Numbered from the stretch's first letter, positions 37,842 to 51,180 are shown. The stretch: DNA of 64,000 bases from Octopus bimaculoides (GCF_001194135.2 NC_068985.1:33483660-33547659), one strand, 5' to 3'. Notes: generated by a model from the letters alone, not told the origin. Numbers and translations: made by a program.

Positions 37842-39109
37842 AGAAGAAATATTATAAATTACAGGAAATGTGAAAAGCTAAGATATTTTATCTAGTTACA
37901 CCAAAGAAATATGATTGTTAGAGCAAAAGTGTAGCACACTGGAGTACTGGACAGAAAAGTCATCCAATCAAACTCCTGGCTTTACTTACCTAGTAGATGA
38001 GCTGAAAATTGAAACTATTTTAATTTTTAAGTGGTTAATATTAGAACAATCTAAATCCTGCAGTAACAATTCAAATATCCAAATTTTAAAATCATTTCTT
38101 CCACTTCAACATAAAAAAATGTGTTGCTGTATGTCTAAAGGGTTTCTGAATCCTCTCTAATATAAAGTGTCACAAGTGCTTTAACAGAAAAGTGTCTGCT
38201 GGTCTAAGAGAGGGTGTATCACTATTACTTTTCTAAAGTATTGTGACTATTGTTGGAGTGGACTGGTTGTGTAAATAAATTTGATTGATGGAAATGTACA
38301 GAAGCCTGTTGCACATACACATAGATTTACACATACATACACACAGACATTTTTATACATACATATACACATGTGCGCAAACATGTATATATGACTGTGA
38401 TTAAGAAATTTGCTTCCTAACCACATGGTTTTTGGGCAAGTGTTTTCTAATATAGCCTCAGGCTGACCAGAGCCTCATGAGTGAATCTGGTGGATGGAAA
38501 GTGAAAGAAACTCGTGTTTGTGTGTGTGTGCATGCATGCATCTCTGTGTCTGTGTGTGTGTCTCTGTTTGTGTGTTTGTGTGTGCACCTCTGTGTGTGTG
38601 TGTGTATGTGCCTGTGTGTGTGTGTGCGTGCATGCATCTCTGTGTCTGTGTGTGTGTCTCTGTTTGTGTGTTTGTGTGTGTGTATGTGCCTCTGTGTGTG
38701 TGTCTGTGTGTGTGTGTGTGCACATGTGTTTATATGTATATGTATAGGCATGTGCGTGTATATATCCATGCCTGTGTTTATGCTTATATATGTAAAGCAA
38801 GTGCTGTACCCTCCCTTCGATAAAAAGTGTAACTTAATTATTTGAAAAAATATAGATCAGTGAATTAATCAACACACTGAATTACAGACTACAATTGATA
38901 TGATTGACTAAAATTCTTGAAGGCTATGGTTTAAACTAGTAACAACAAAAGAATAGTATAGACTAGCAGTCTTTCCAGATAGAAATTCATCTCTCATCTG
39001 TTTCACAGAATATCTAGAGTCTTGAGAAAAAGAAAAAAAAGAGTAAAATTTTATAATTATGCTGTGAAGAAGAATCGAAGAAGTCAACGTTTTGCATAGT
39101 GTTCCTTTG

Positions 39110-39379
39110 TTAAGAACCCATTTTTTTTTCTTTTGTTTTCTCTGGAATCAATCTTAAGTACAATATACCACGCTTTACAAACTATAACTAGCAAAAATCC
39201 ACTTGAGTTATGGTTATGGCCAAAATTAAGAGCAATTGGGATCAGTCAATTTTGAAGTTACATCCAAAGTTTGTTACAGATATAAGTTAGCAATACAATT
39301 TCAATACACTTATAAACACTGAGTTTATGCTTAAACAAAAATATTCAAGAGGTCACCTTTCTAAGTATTTATCTGGCTT
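39110..39379. repeat. ~270-bp unclassified repeat, copy 2
   Basis: Direct repeat of 36411-36702. Confidence 0.9.
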
Positions 39380-39519
39380 AGGAGAAAATAAAGATAAAAA
39401 GGAAAAGTGGTTTTGTTTATAACAATGCCAGCTCAGTGAATGGGAAAAAAACCCCACAAAAACCAAAAATGTATAAAGCAAGAAATATGAAGAATGTTGT
39501 CTCAGAGATTAAAGTTAGA

Positions 39520-41200
39520 GTGGAAGGAGATAGTGGAAAGAAGCATAGATTAGTGAGGATAGGTTTAAGGAAGAGAGATTATGTTATGCATGTGTGAACA
39601 TGTATATAGGGTGGGGGTACATTGTGTGATTGTGTGTTGGTGCATGTATTGTGGAAATGAGGTGAATGTAGAGTCCTGCTGTGCAGACGGTATAACAAAG
39701 CATAATAGTATGTGTTCATAGTAGACGAGTAGTGTGTGGAAATGCAGTGGTTTGTAGAGCTCAGAAGGGCATTTATTAGAGTATGGAGATGTTAAGAAAG
39801 AAAGTAATGCTGTTAAAGAAGGCAATGTTGGCTATGTTTAGCCAGAAATTTTATTGTTGTTCATGAATCATACAAAAGAGACAGAAGATCTGCGATGTAC
39901 AACAATATTGCAGATGTTGAAATACTGGTAGGTGTGACCAAGAGAATTGAAGGGACAGCCTATAGGCCAGAATTATTTGATGTTATTGCATCAAATAATC
40001 AATAGTATTCCATAAGATTATCTTCCAGATACCAACAGGTTTCTTCAGTATATAAGTCACAGAGTTAGCATTTTATGTTATTAATGAGGTTCTTGGAAGT
40101 ATAGGCAAAGTAGTCAATTACTTAGAAGGGTAAGTTAGGTTTACATTGGGTGGTTATTGTTCTAAACAATGGGGCAGGTGTTGCAATGGGAGTAGGAAAA
40201 GGTATCCAAGTTTGTTGTGGCAAGGACTGAAGCAATTATAGACTTGAAGGTTATGCAAGTAACAGTTGATTCTGAAGGAAAGGGATGGGTATTAGGGAAG
40301 ATGGGAGTGATGGTAGATTGGTGATTGGTATAGATTTCTGTATGAAAGTATGCTGAAATAAGGTAACAGGGTGGTGGTTGAAGGCAAAAGGAAAAGTGTT
40401 GGTGGTATGGTAGACACAAAGCTGGAAGACAGAGGTGTAGCCAATAACATAGATACCACAACAGGCAGCCTCATTGGTTGAGAGTAACCATTTCATATGA
40501 TGATATGTATTGTGTCATAGCTACAGACATGGCAAGTGTGAAGGAATAATATGTAGTGGCGTCAATAGAAAAGATGTCCAGGATGTTAACAGAGGTGATG
40601 GATATGGTGAATGTGATATCTAAGGCTGAGTGAAAGAAGTTCAAGAAAAAGATGGAGTTGAGTTTTTCATCAATGACAGAGCTAAGACTATATACCTTCA
40701 AAGTGGGTCCCTCAAAAAGAGTGAAGATTTGAGCCTCAATAGGACCGACAAACAGATTGACACAGCTGGTGGGGTCTATCCTAATTTTTATGGTTACTCT
40801 AGTGACCTGCTGGTAGAAGTTCCCAATTAAGAAGTTTTTGGTGGTGAAGATAAGATAAGCAGGACAAAGGAAACTAGAGGTATTAATCGCAAATGTAGTG
40901 TGACAATCAAGAAAATATTTTAGGCCTCAGAGAGCATCACTGTGGAGGACAATAGTACAGAAGGACTTCATATTCAGGGTGAAAATAATCTGGGAGGGGC
41001 CTGCAAGAAAGAAAGAGAGTTTGAAGAGAAAAAGAATATGGTTAATGTCATGGATGTGTGATGGAAGGGCTGCAAACTAATGGTGAGAAGTGTTGTTTGA
41101 GGTATTTGGAGATGAGTTCGACAGGGTTGTTATAGATGGAGACACCGGGGTACTCAGGTCCTTCTTATGGATGTTAGGGAAGAAGTAGATGGTGTATTGT
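39520..41200 (-). mobile_element. Decayed Penelope-like retroelement (RT plus GIY-YIG region)
   Basis: Minus-strand frames give NNPVELISKYLKQHFSPLV, FTLNMKSFCTIVLHSDAL, GNFYQQVTRVT, FLNFFHSALDITFTIS and HCNTCP. These match the PLE motifs RPIVS..PTE.IS.YL, DVKSLYT.IPH.DG, GxxYQQ..G..MG, F.N.FHP...FT and C....C.TCP in order. Confidence 0.8.
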
Positions 41201-41880
41201 TTCGTGTTGTGTATAGCAGCAAACCAAAGCTCTGTACACTAACTATATGGATCCTTATTGTTCAGAAAATAATTATCTTGTTTCTTATAGTAACTTAAAT
41301 GCCAAATTTTAGAAGGTTGTTACTCTTTGTATTGTGTAAAGTAGTACACACTTGACAAATATTTTCAAACAGAAATGAAATAAAAGCAACTTAAAAAATT
41401 GTGTCATGAAAATATAAAAAAACGTGATAACATAAGTGATTTGGCAAATTTTCAGAATATTTTGTATTGTGATTGTATGGAAAAAGTTCAAATTCACCAT
41501 TTCAGTAGTTTATATTTGTTCTAAATTTTTAACAATACTAGCCATAAAGTGACTTCTGTTTCATGAGTGATGTGTTAAAAAAACCTGTTCTCTGAATGTT
41601 CTCACGCCATCCCATCCCTATTTTCAGATTTCATTTCCTTTGGTTTTCCATCTTCTACCTACCCACATTTTATTTTCTTCCTTGAATGCTATAAATAAAT
41701 AATATGTACATCTCTTCTTAGATTTACACCTTTCGTAACATTATCTTCATAAATTTGCAGTATTAGCAATCATCATTCAATATTCTAAACCAAATATTAC
41801 ATTACATTAACACTAAGCTAATTTCTAGTTGTCCAGGAAAGCCATTTCATCCCTTAATCTTTCCTGGATTAAGCTATAAA

Positions 41881-41912
<32 letters not shown>

Positions 41913-43249
41913 AGGTGTTAAGCTTCCATCAAGATTGGTGGGCAATTCAGTTTTGTTTCTCAATGGTATTTGCTAGCTTTGTTGTTTCTCTTGTTAAAGG
42001 CATAAATGTCACAATTATAAATTTCTTTATCTCTACCAACATGAAGATTTATATCTCTGCGAGAAATTATTGTTAATGTTGTTAGCAGTATAAATTTAAA
42101 TTTCAGGTGAAGTTATTGCAAATTCTGCCATGGTTGACCTTGCTTTCATCCTTCCTTGGTTGATAAAATGAGTACCAGTCAAATATTGAGATCAATATAA
42201 TTGACTTTACCCTTTCTTTAAATTTGTATCCAAAAACCAAAACTTAGAAATTTCTACTATAGGCACAAGGCCTGAAATCTTGAGGGGAAGTGGCTAGTTG
42301 ATTACATTGACCCTAGTACTCAGCTGGTACTTCTTTCATTGAGCCTGAAAGGGTGAAAGGCAAAGTTAACCTCAGAAGGATCTGAACTCAGAATGTAAAG
42401 ATGGATGAAATGTTGCTAAGCATTTTGTCTGAAATGCTAATGATTCTGCCAGCTCACCATCTTCAAACTTAGAAATAGCAATAATAATGATAATAAATAA
42501 TAGGCCATGTGTATCTTGACTTTTATAAAAATTGGTACACCATATCCCTGCATGACATAAGAAGCTACTAAAAGTATAGGCACCGAGAAGGGTCGTAAAA
42601 CATTGTGGTGTTGAATTATTTATAACTTTGGCATAGGACCATATATTTGTGGAGGGGAAAATTAGTAATTTAATCAACATTAGCACATTACTAGTACTGA
42701 TGAAAATAATATTAATGATAGAAAGATTAGAATTTAGAACATAAAGGAATGAAACAAAACATTACATTTCCTCTAGTATAAAATAACAACAGTAACAAAG
42801 CATGTTTTTGATAATTGTTCTAACTTTTTACATTTTGAGTTAATTTCATTGGCCTCAGTTTTTGTCTTTCAGTCTTTTGGGATTGGTAAAATACTTTGGT
42901 ATTTTATCAATCCCAAGTACTACTCAAATACTGGGGTTGATGGAATTGACCACTACCCAAAGTTGATCTGGATTCTGAAAGTAAAGAGCCAGAATAAATA
43001 CTGCATATGTATTTTGTTCAATGTTCTAATAATTATACCGATCCACTGCTCGAGATGCCATGCAATGGGATCAAACTAAGGATGAAATTTTATATGATTA
43101 TTTTCAAAATAAAAACTTGCATTTTAAACTATCTTCAACCTCTACAAAAAATACTGTATTTTGAATTAATTAATATAATACTCATTAATTTAATAGGCAG
43201 TTAGGGAAGGGCTATGTTGATTACATTGACTCCATTTAAGAGTACCCTT

Positions 43250-43731
43250 CAATTACTGGGCAATAAATTGCACTTGCAAAGACCTGTTGAGTCAAGTGAA
43301 GTCATTGTCATCACTGATGACAATACCGCCTGATTGGCATCCATGCTGGTGGTGCGTAAAAAGCACCATTCAAGTGTAATCGTTGCCAGTGCTGCCTGAC
43401 TGGCTCCCGTACCAGTGGCACGTAAAAAGCATGATTCAAGTGTGGTCATTGCCAGTGCCACCTGACTGGGTTCTGTGCTGGTGGCATGTGAAAAGCACCA
43501 TTCAAGCGTGGTTGGTGCCAGAACCACCTGACTGGCCCTCATGACGGTGGCATGTAAAAAACACCCACTACACTCATGGAGTGGTTGGCATTAGGAAGGA
43601 CATCCAGCTGTAGAAACTTTGCCAGATCTGATTGGAGTCTGGTGCAGCTTTCTGGCTTGCCAGCCCTCAGTCACACTGTCCAACCCATTCTAGCATGGTA
43701 AGCAGACCTTAAACGACTATGATGATGATGT
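43250..43731 (+). mobile_element. RTE 3' UTR copy with an internal ~66-nt tandem array
   Basis: T(A/G)AAAA(G/A)C anchors at 43357, 43423, 43489 and 43555, ending in a (GAT)n tail. Confidence 0.85.
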
Positions 43732-44049
43732 ATGTATGTATGTATTCCATTTTGGAGAAGACTGGGTGGCTAGAAATAATATTGCTCATTATTATTTTTT
43801 AATAATTTTCTAGTTTCAGAAGATTCCTACCTCACTGTATTTTTGTTCTGTGTAGTGTTTCTGTGTTGGTTTGTCTAATGCTTATTCTAAATGCAATCAT
43901 TATTTTTGTTTTTGTTTCTCTGACTATTGGAGAAAGAGGGATAGATTGGTAGAATTATATTATGAGACTTTCCAACAAAATGCTTTGTGGTATTTGTTCT
44001 GGCTCTTCACATTCTGAGTTCAAATTCTGAGAGCAAAGCTGCTAGAATA

Positions 44050-45200
44050 AGAACAGGCTGTTGGTAACAAAGGGTCTCTTGCTCAGAGTGAAAGGCAGAC
44101 TGTATGATGCCAGCATGTGAACAGTCATGCTACACAGTAGTGAAACATGGGCTGTGACTGCTGTGGATATGCATAGGCTTGAAAGAAATGAAGCTAGTAT
44201 GCTTTGCTGGATGTGCAATTTCAGTGTGCATGAATGACAGTGTAAATGTCTTGAGAGAAAAATTGGACATAAGAGGCATAAGATGTGGTGTGCATCTTAG
44301 ATAGCTGCGTTAGTATAGTCATGTGATGCATATGGATGAGGACAGCTGTGTGAAGAAGTATCACACTTTAATGGTGGATGGAACCTGTGGAAGTGGTAGA
44401 CCCAGGAAGACATGAGATGAGGTGGTGAAGCATGATCATCGAATGTTGGGCCTCACAGAGGCAATGATGAGCAACCAAGACCTTTGGAGATATGCTGTGC
44501 ACTTGAGAAGACCTGTCAAGCCAAGTGAGATTGTAGTCATGGCTGATGTCAGTGTCATTTAACTGTCCCTTTAAAAGCACCCTTCAATCGTTGGGTGATT
44601 TGGTATGCTTGTGAAGACTTGTTGAACTGAGTGAAATCATAGTCATGGATGATGTCAGTACCTCTGACTGGCATCCATGTCAGTGGCACATAAAAAGTAC
44701 CATTCATGCATTGGGCTTCATGGAGGTAGGGATGTCAAGCCGAGTGTAATTGTAGTTATGGCCGATGCCAAGTGTCACATAAGTGGCCTGTTAAAAGCAC
44801 TCTTCAATTGTTGGGTGATATGCTGTACTTGTGAAGACCTGTTGAACCAAGTGAAATTGTAGTTGTGGCTGATGCTAGTGCCATCTGGCTGGCACATAAA
44901 AAGCACCATTCGAACACTGGGCCTCATGGAAGCAGTGACAGGTGACCAAGAGCCTTGGTGATATACTGTGGTTGTGACCAGTGCTAGTGTCTGGTCAATT
45001 GCACCCATGCTAGTGGCACGTAAAAAGCACCCACTATATTCTTAGAGCGGTTGGCATTAGGAATGGCACCCAGCTGTCGAAACCTTGTCAAATCAGATTG
45101 GAACCTGGTGCAGTCCTCTGGCTTACCAGTTTTCAGTCAAACTGTCCAACCCATGCCAGCATGGAAAGCGGACGTTAAATGAGGATGATGATGATGATGA
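44050..45200 (+). mobile_element. RTE-clade LINE 3' portion with tandem-repeat 3' UTR and (GAT)n tail
   Basis: Translation RVKGRLYDA...MLHSSETWAVT...RLERNEASML.WMC...GRPRKT, followed by the same UTR as 43250-43731. Confidence 0.9.
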
Positions 45201-45218
45201 TGATTATTATCATTATTA

Positions 45219-45277
<59 letters not shown>

Positions 45278-45289
45278 TTCTTTTTATCA

Positions 45290-46000
45290 CAGGTTTTGTT
45301 GGAGCTCCTGGAGTCTTGCATGCATAGCGGGCTTACTACCTGCAGCCTACAGTACCATGCTATTCATTCCTTTCAGCTGTCTAATACTTTCCTGATTATT
45401 CTGGCCATGCCAAGGAGGCAAGCCTTTTGTAACAGTTCTACTGAGCACTCTATTTATATTCCTCTTGATGCCTTCTGATACTGTTCCCAAGGATCCAACA
45501 ATGATTGGCACTATCTTCACCTTGTTCATTTTCCATAGCCAGGCTATTTTGTACTTAAGAGGGTTGTATCTATCTATCTCTTTGTCTTCTTTCTTGACTA
45601 CTTGTGGGTCAAAGGGGCATGCAGCATCAGCTATATTTCATATGCGGAGCACCTTGTCCACCACCACTAGGTCCTGTCTGTTATGCTCTAGCACCTGATC
45701 TGTTTGGATTGGGAAACCTCAGAGGATTTTGCTAGTGTCTGACTCCACCACTCTCTGTGTTTTGTGTTCAAACCACCTCTTGCCTCTCTAGCCCCCATTT
45801 TTCACACAGTTTCCAATATAGCACTTTCACTACCTGGTTGTGTTACCACAACTTGTAGTGGTTTGGGGCAAATCTAGGGCATTCGTTTGTGATATGGGCA
45901 ATGGTTTCATCCACTCTATTTCAGATGCGGCACAACTGAGACACTTGCTTATTCCTAAGGTTGACCCTCCAGTTCATGGCCAAAGCTTGGTCCTGCACTG
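45290..46000 (-). mobile_element. Second R4/Dong-type 3' fragment, flanked by (TAT)n
   Basis: Minus translation includes KVKIVPIIVGSLGTVSEG and a DQVLEHNRPD-like RLE segment. (TAT)n runs lie at ~45205-45277 and ~46005-46048. Confidence 0.75.
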
Positions 46001-46003
46001 CCA

Positions 46004-46037
<34 letters not shown>

Positions 46038-49000
46038 TTATTATTATTGCAGGTTTTGTGCCTTTAGTAGAAAGAGTTATTGTAATTATTATTATTATTT
46101 GTTGTTTTTTTTTTTAAAGAGATGATGCTAGCTCAAACAACAAGAAACTAGATTAGATGCTTCATTGTGATTAAATTTATGCCTCACTATTTTGCATTCT
46201 AATTATACTGGAGTGAATGCTCTTGTTCTTGTAGATATGATAAGGGCTCAAAGCTGATTAAAATGGTGGTACAACAGTCTAAATCTTGCATCAAAAGGGG
46301 GCAGTCGCAAGAAAAAAAAAAGATATCTTCATCATATATGTGTAAGATTTAAAATCACATCTAGATAGTGAATTTAGAAATAGCGAAGACACCTGGCACA
46401 GTATTAATGAATTGCTGTGAAAGAGTACAGGCTAAACTAAATCTCATATATAATATTGTAAACTAAGTGTATCTATATATGTATGTAAAACTCTAAACAA
46501 CCTTTTAAATCAGTCTAAAATGATAGTAAAATTTTAGAAATTCTAATTTTGATACATTTTTAAAATATTACTTTTATTTCAATTTTGAACACCATATTTG
46601 TTCAAGCCCCACAGCTGTTTCTCTAAAGCCCTTATTCACTACAATTACCATCTCTCCTTTTTCTTCCTTCCACCTTTAAACTTTGATTCTCTTTGTCAGT
46701 TCAACTTACCTCCCTAATTCATGTTGATTTTTACTACCATGACAATATTATTATAACAACATAAAAGGAAGGGAGCAAAAATTGCTCATGTTTAGTAAGG
46801 AGAATATATTTATGTATTTCCACATTTCATATTTTCACACATTTCATAACTTTTAATTTTATAAATGTTTAAAAATTATTATGTGTTCTGGAGTTGTTTT
46901 ACTATTTATTTTGATATTAGAAAAGGACATATTAGATACTCTACTTCCATATATACAAAAGGATGAGATAATATATCACACAAACTAGGGCATTGAGCTG
47001 ACAAAATTGTTAGCACTATAGGCAAAATGCATAGCAGTAATTTCATCCATCTTTACATTCTTAATTCAAATTCCACCAAGGTTGACTTTACCTTTAATTC
47101 TTTTGAGGTACACAAAATAAGTACCAGCCAAATATTAGGGTCGATGTAATCAACAGATCCCCTCCCATGAAATTACTGGCCTTGTGCCAAAATTTGAAAC
47201 CAATATATTGCATAAACTAAGAAAAAATTTCCTGAGGCTGTTATTTCTCACAGTAATTTATAGCAATTTTAATGAAATGCAATTGGCTGGAAATTATGAA
47301 TAATCTAAAATTATGCCTTGAGGTTAGAATTCTCTGTGTCTCAACTTATTGTATTACTCTTGGTATGGTAACCCCCCATTATTAGAACGTATCTTCATTG
47401 TATCTTTTCTGCAAGTATTTCCATGGCCATGGCTCAAGCCTGGTGCTTTCTGTTAAGTCTTTTAAACACATCACCCACTTCTCATCTTAGGTGTTCCATT
47501 TCTCTGATGAGCTTTCTGTTAGTCATAAATCCTTTTATTCTAATAGTTTCTTTCCTTGAACTGCTGCTCTCCGAAACTCACTATCGTCATTTTGTTTTCC
47601 TCTGTTCTATGATGTTCTGTTTTTTAAGCTTTCTGCCAATTGACATTTTTTGAATTTGTAGGCTTCTTCTTTTGCTTATTTGTAGTCCCTTACACTTCAC
47701 TGGCCTTGAGCCTTGTTTGAAATAAAATCATATAAAAAAATTATCAGATTGCTTAATTGCTTTTTAGTTACTTTTCCTTTCTTCTTTTTAATTTGCTCTT
47801 AAGGCATCAACAAACAGAAGTAAATTTAGTAAAACAAATGCAAAATATGATGTTCATCATGATTGAAGGCTATCAGATTGGCAGTTTACCAGGTGGCAAA
47901 TGATAACTCTCAGATTGTAAAGTCAAAGTGTGTGTGGATTCTTTGTTTTCACTGATAACTACTGGTCTCCTGCTAAGAAATTAGGTCACATTTACAGCAC
48001 CACAACCAACAAGCCACTTAAGCACCAAGATACCATTTGGGCAACACCAAAAGTGGTGAGCAGGGTGCAATAGATATCATTACTAGATAAGAAAGAGAAA
48101 ACTTTTACTGCTGCTGATATTACTTCACCTAAGTTCATTTATAATTACCTTGACAAGAAATGAAACAAGATTTTACTAATTTTTAAAATGTATGTTTGAC
48201 TAGTGTGTTGGTGGAATTCCTTATCAGGTGCACTTATTGAACACATCAAGCATAATCTTGATTGATGAGAATTTGTTAGATATATCACAAATTCTCTAAC
48301 AGTTATCATTGCTATTCTTAATGTAATGCTATTTTTAAACAATGGGATTCAAGGAGATTCGTATCTGAAAGGGAATCTTTTTCCTTTTATAAGATGATTT
48401 ATGATGTTGGAACTAGAAACTCTTTATTTTATAAAGTATTGTATCTGTTTATTATTTTTTAGCTTTTGCAGATAGTGCACTACCATATCTCTCATATATC
48501 TGATCCTTTGCATAGAGTTCAAGATTAAATTTATCTATTACAAAGGCATTTGTTTCTCAAACTTTTTCTGTTATTACAAATTTTAAACAACCTGTAACCA
48601 TGGGTATCTTTATCATTCAACATCCCACCTCTTAAATTATAAAATTTATCTACAACTTATAATGCAGTATATACATGTATGCTTTACATTTTCATTGTTT
48701 ATACTTACTTTCTGTTGCATCAAAACACTGCATGGTGTTCTTTGGATGAGTGTTAATACAGAGAGTAACTACTTCCTTACAGCATGAAGCAGGATTAGAA
48801 ATTTTAATTTGAAATCAAAGAATATGAAAAGGATACAAAAAGTTTGTGTGTTTATGTGTGTGTGTGAGAGAGTGTGTGTGTGTATCATGTTTAGTTCTGT
48901 TTCATCCTTTTTAGGCATCTTAGTATGTCTCAACCTGTAAATTCATTAATTAGAGGTATTATAAAGAGAGGCATTACATCAAAATACTTTTGTGTATTAC

Positions 49001-49644
49001 AAGTGTCAGTTTATCGTATGTTGTTTGCACAAAATGCAACTATTCCCTGTGTATTTATCTCATTTCCATTTCTAATTCTTTAATATCTAGGGTGATATGT
49101 CCTCACCTATAAAAAATACCAACAAGATTGTCCTTAGTGCAGCATGTTTCCAAATAGTACATTTGATTAGGTGATGTTCTATAAGCTACTGGTACCATAT
49201 AGCTAAGTACAGCCAGTCTCATGGTTGGGTAACCCACTGTCATCCAGTTTTCTGAATGGAGAGGGTGTTCAAACACTTGACAAGATTAAAAATAAATCCT
49301 GTTAAAGGACAGTAAAGCTTTTTACAGAGAACTGAACCTGTTCAGGAAACAAACACCACAAAGTTATCTATACTGAAACATCTCTTGGCGTGTACCCATG
49401 GCCTCTCATAGTTATGAGTTTTTATGGATATTTACTATAAATATTATTTCTGTAATTTCTATATAGGTGTTCTCAAGCCTCTGTTTATTTTAATGAAATA
49501 TACTGGCATGGCTGTGTAGCTAAGAAGTTTGCTTCTCAAAAATGTGGTTTCAGGTTCAGTCCTAATACACAGTGCCTTGTGCAAATGTCTTCTACTGTAG
49601 CCTCAGGCTAACCAATGTCTTGTGACAGAAACTGAATGAAGCCC

Positions 49645-49682
<38 letters not shown>

Positions 49683-50699
49683 GTTTGCACAACATTAACA
49701 AACAGTAAGCTGCAAACATTAAAGTTCAACAATTCCTTGTCAGCAAATTGTCTAATAGTTCCATGCTTTGAAGATGTCTGGAATTTAAAAAATCCCTTAC
49801 TTGAGAAAGGAGTAAGGGTTAGTGACAGAAAAAGTGCCCAACTATAGAACAATTCCTCAATATTCATTCATCTGACCCATGCAAGCATGGAAAAACAGAT
49901 GTCAAATAAATATTATTTGTTTGACATCTGTTTCATTAGAAAGTCTTGGATTATCAAAAAGAAACTGAAAAATCTTTATTTTCATTAACTTAAGAGTATT
50001 ATTTTCTAAACCTCGCTTAATTAAATAGTATTCTCATACAGACAAATAGCTTAGTAGGTAGACATTTTCACATTTTAAATGTTTCTTCCTCATTACTGCT
50101 GTAATTTTCTTCATTAATATTGCTGTCTTCATTACAATCATTGTCGTTGCCATCTTCATAATCATCGTCATTACTTTTAATATGATCATCATTGCTGTTG
50201 ACATCATCATTTCATCATTGCTCTCTTCATCACCACCATCGTCTTCAACATTTTCATCATCGTTATCATTGTCATCATCAACAAATCTCTATGCATACTA
50301 AATGCAGTTGTTAAGTGGTAGTAGAGGACAAACGCACACGCACACACACACACTAAAATATATAAAACAGGCTTCTTTTAGTTTCCATGTCCCAAATCCA
50401 CTCAAGAGACTTTGGTTGGCCTGGAGCTATAGTAAATGACACTTTGTGGTATAATCTTGTACCATTTCTGTACAATGCAAGCTGGAAGAATCATTAGTAT
50501 GCAAGGTAAAGTGTTTTGCAGCATTTTGCTCATCTTTTAATTCTGAGTTCAAATTCCACCGAGGTTGACTTTACCTCTCATCCTTTCAGGGTTGATAAAA
50601 TAAGTAACTGGTTGAGCATTGGAGAAGATGTAATCAACATACCCTCTCACCCAAATTTACTGGCCTTGTGCCAAAAATTGAAACCAATATAAATGGTAA

Positions 50700-51180
50700 A
50701 ACACTATTTTCACCAAATTTTGTGAGAATGAGGGTCCTCTGGTGAGTGACATAGGAATGTAAAGATCCAGTAAATTTGTTTTTATGAAAGCTGTACTGGT
50801 GGTCACTAACCAGGGAAAGAGGTTTAAAATGGTTGAGAAGACTGGTGTTAATTGCTGTTTCCATTACCTTTTCAATGTTGAAAGTGAAGATGATAGGACA
50901 ATAATTGACAGTGATAGAGTGGTTGTTCTTCTTGAGAATGGCACATGCTGTAGCATGTTTTCAAAGATCAGGCTATATCCCTGTAAAGTCAGAGATTTAT
51001 GTGGATAGGAGATAGAATGGGGGTTGCATTGATAGAGGGTGGTGTAAAGGACATGACTAGCAACCTTATTGATTGGAATTGACTGGAGGTACCATTCCTT
51101 TTAGCATGTATGTTTGCATGGTGCTGAATCTGGTCGAATAGAAAAGAATAGGGAAAGTTTTGAAGGAAATGTACCAAATC
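50700..51180 (-). mobile_element. CR1/Jockey-group LINE RT fragment
   Basis: METAINTSLLNHFKPLSLVSDHQYSFHKNKFTGSLHSYVTH resembles the M(E)..IN..L..HL....L.SD.QYGFR..RST.DLL.Y.T motif. Confidence 0.7.

Noticed and set aside
47500-47590. CTGATGAG...CGAAAC...GTC as a hammerhead
   Set aside because: Stems I and II do not pair and stem III has only 2 bp with a non-palindromic loop.
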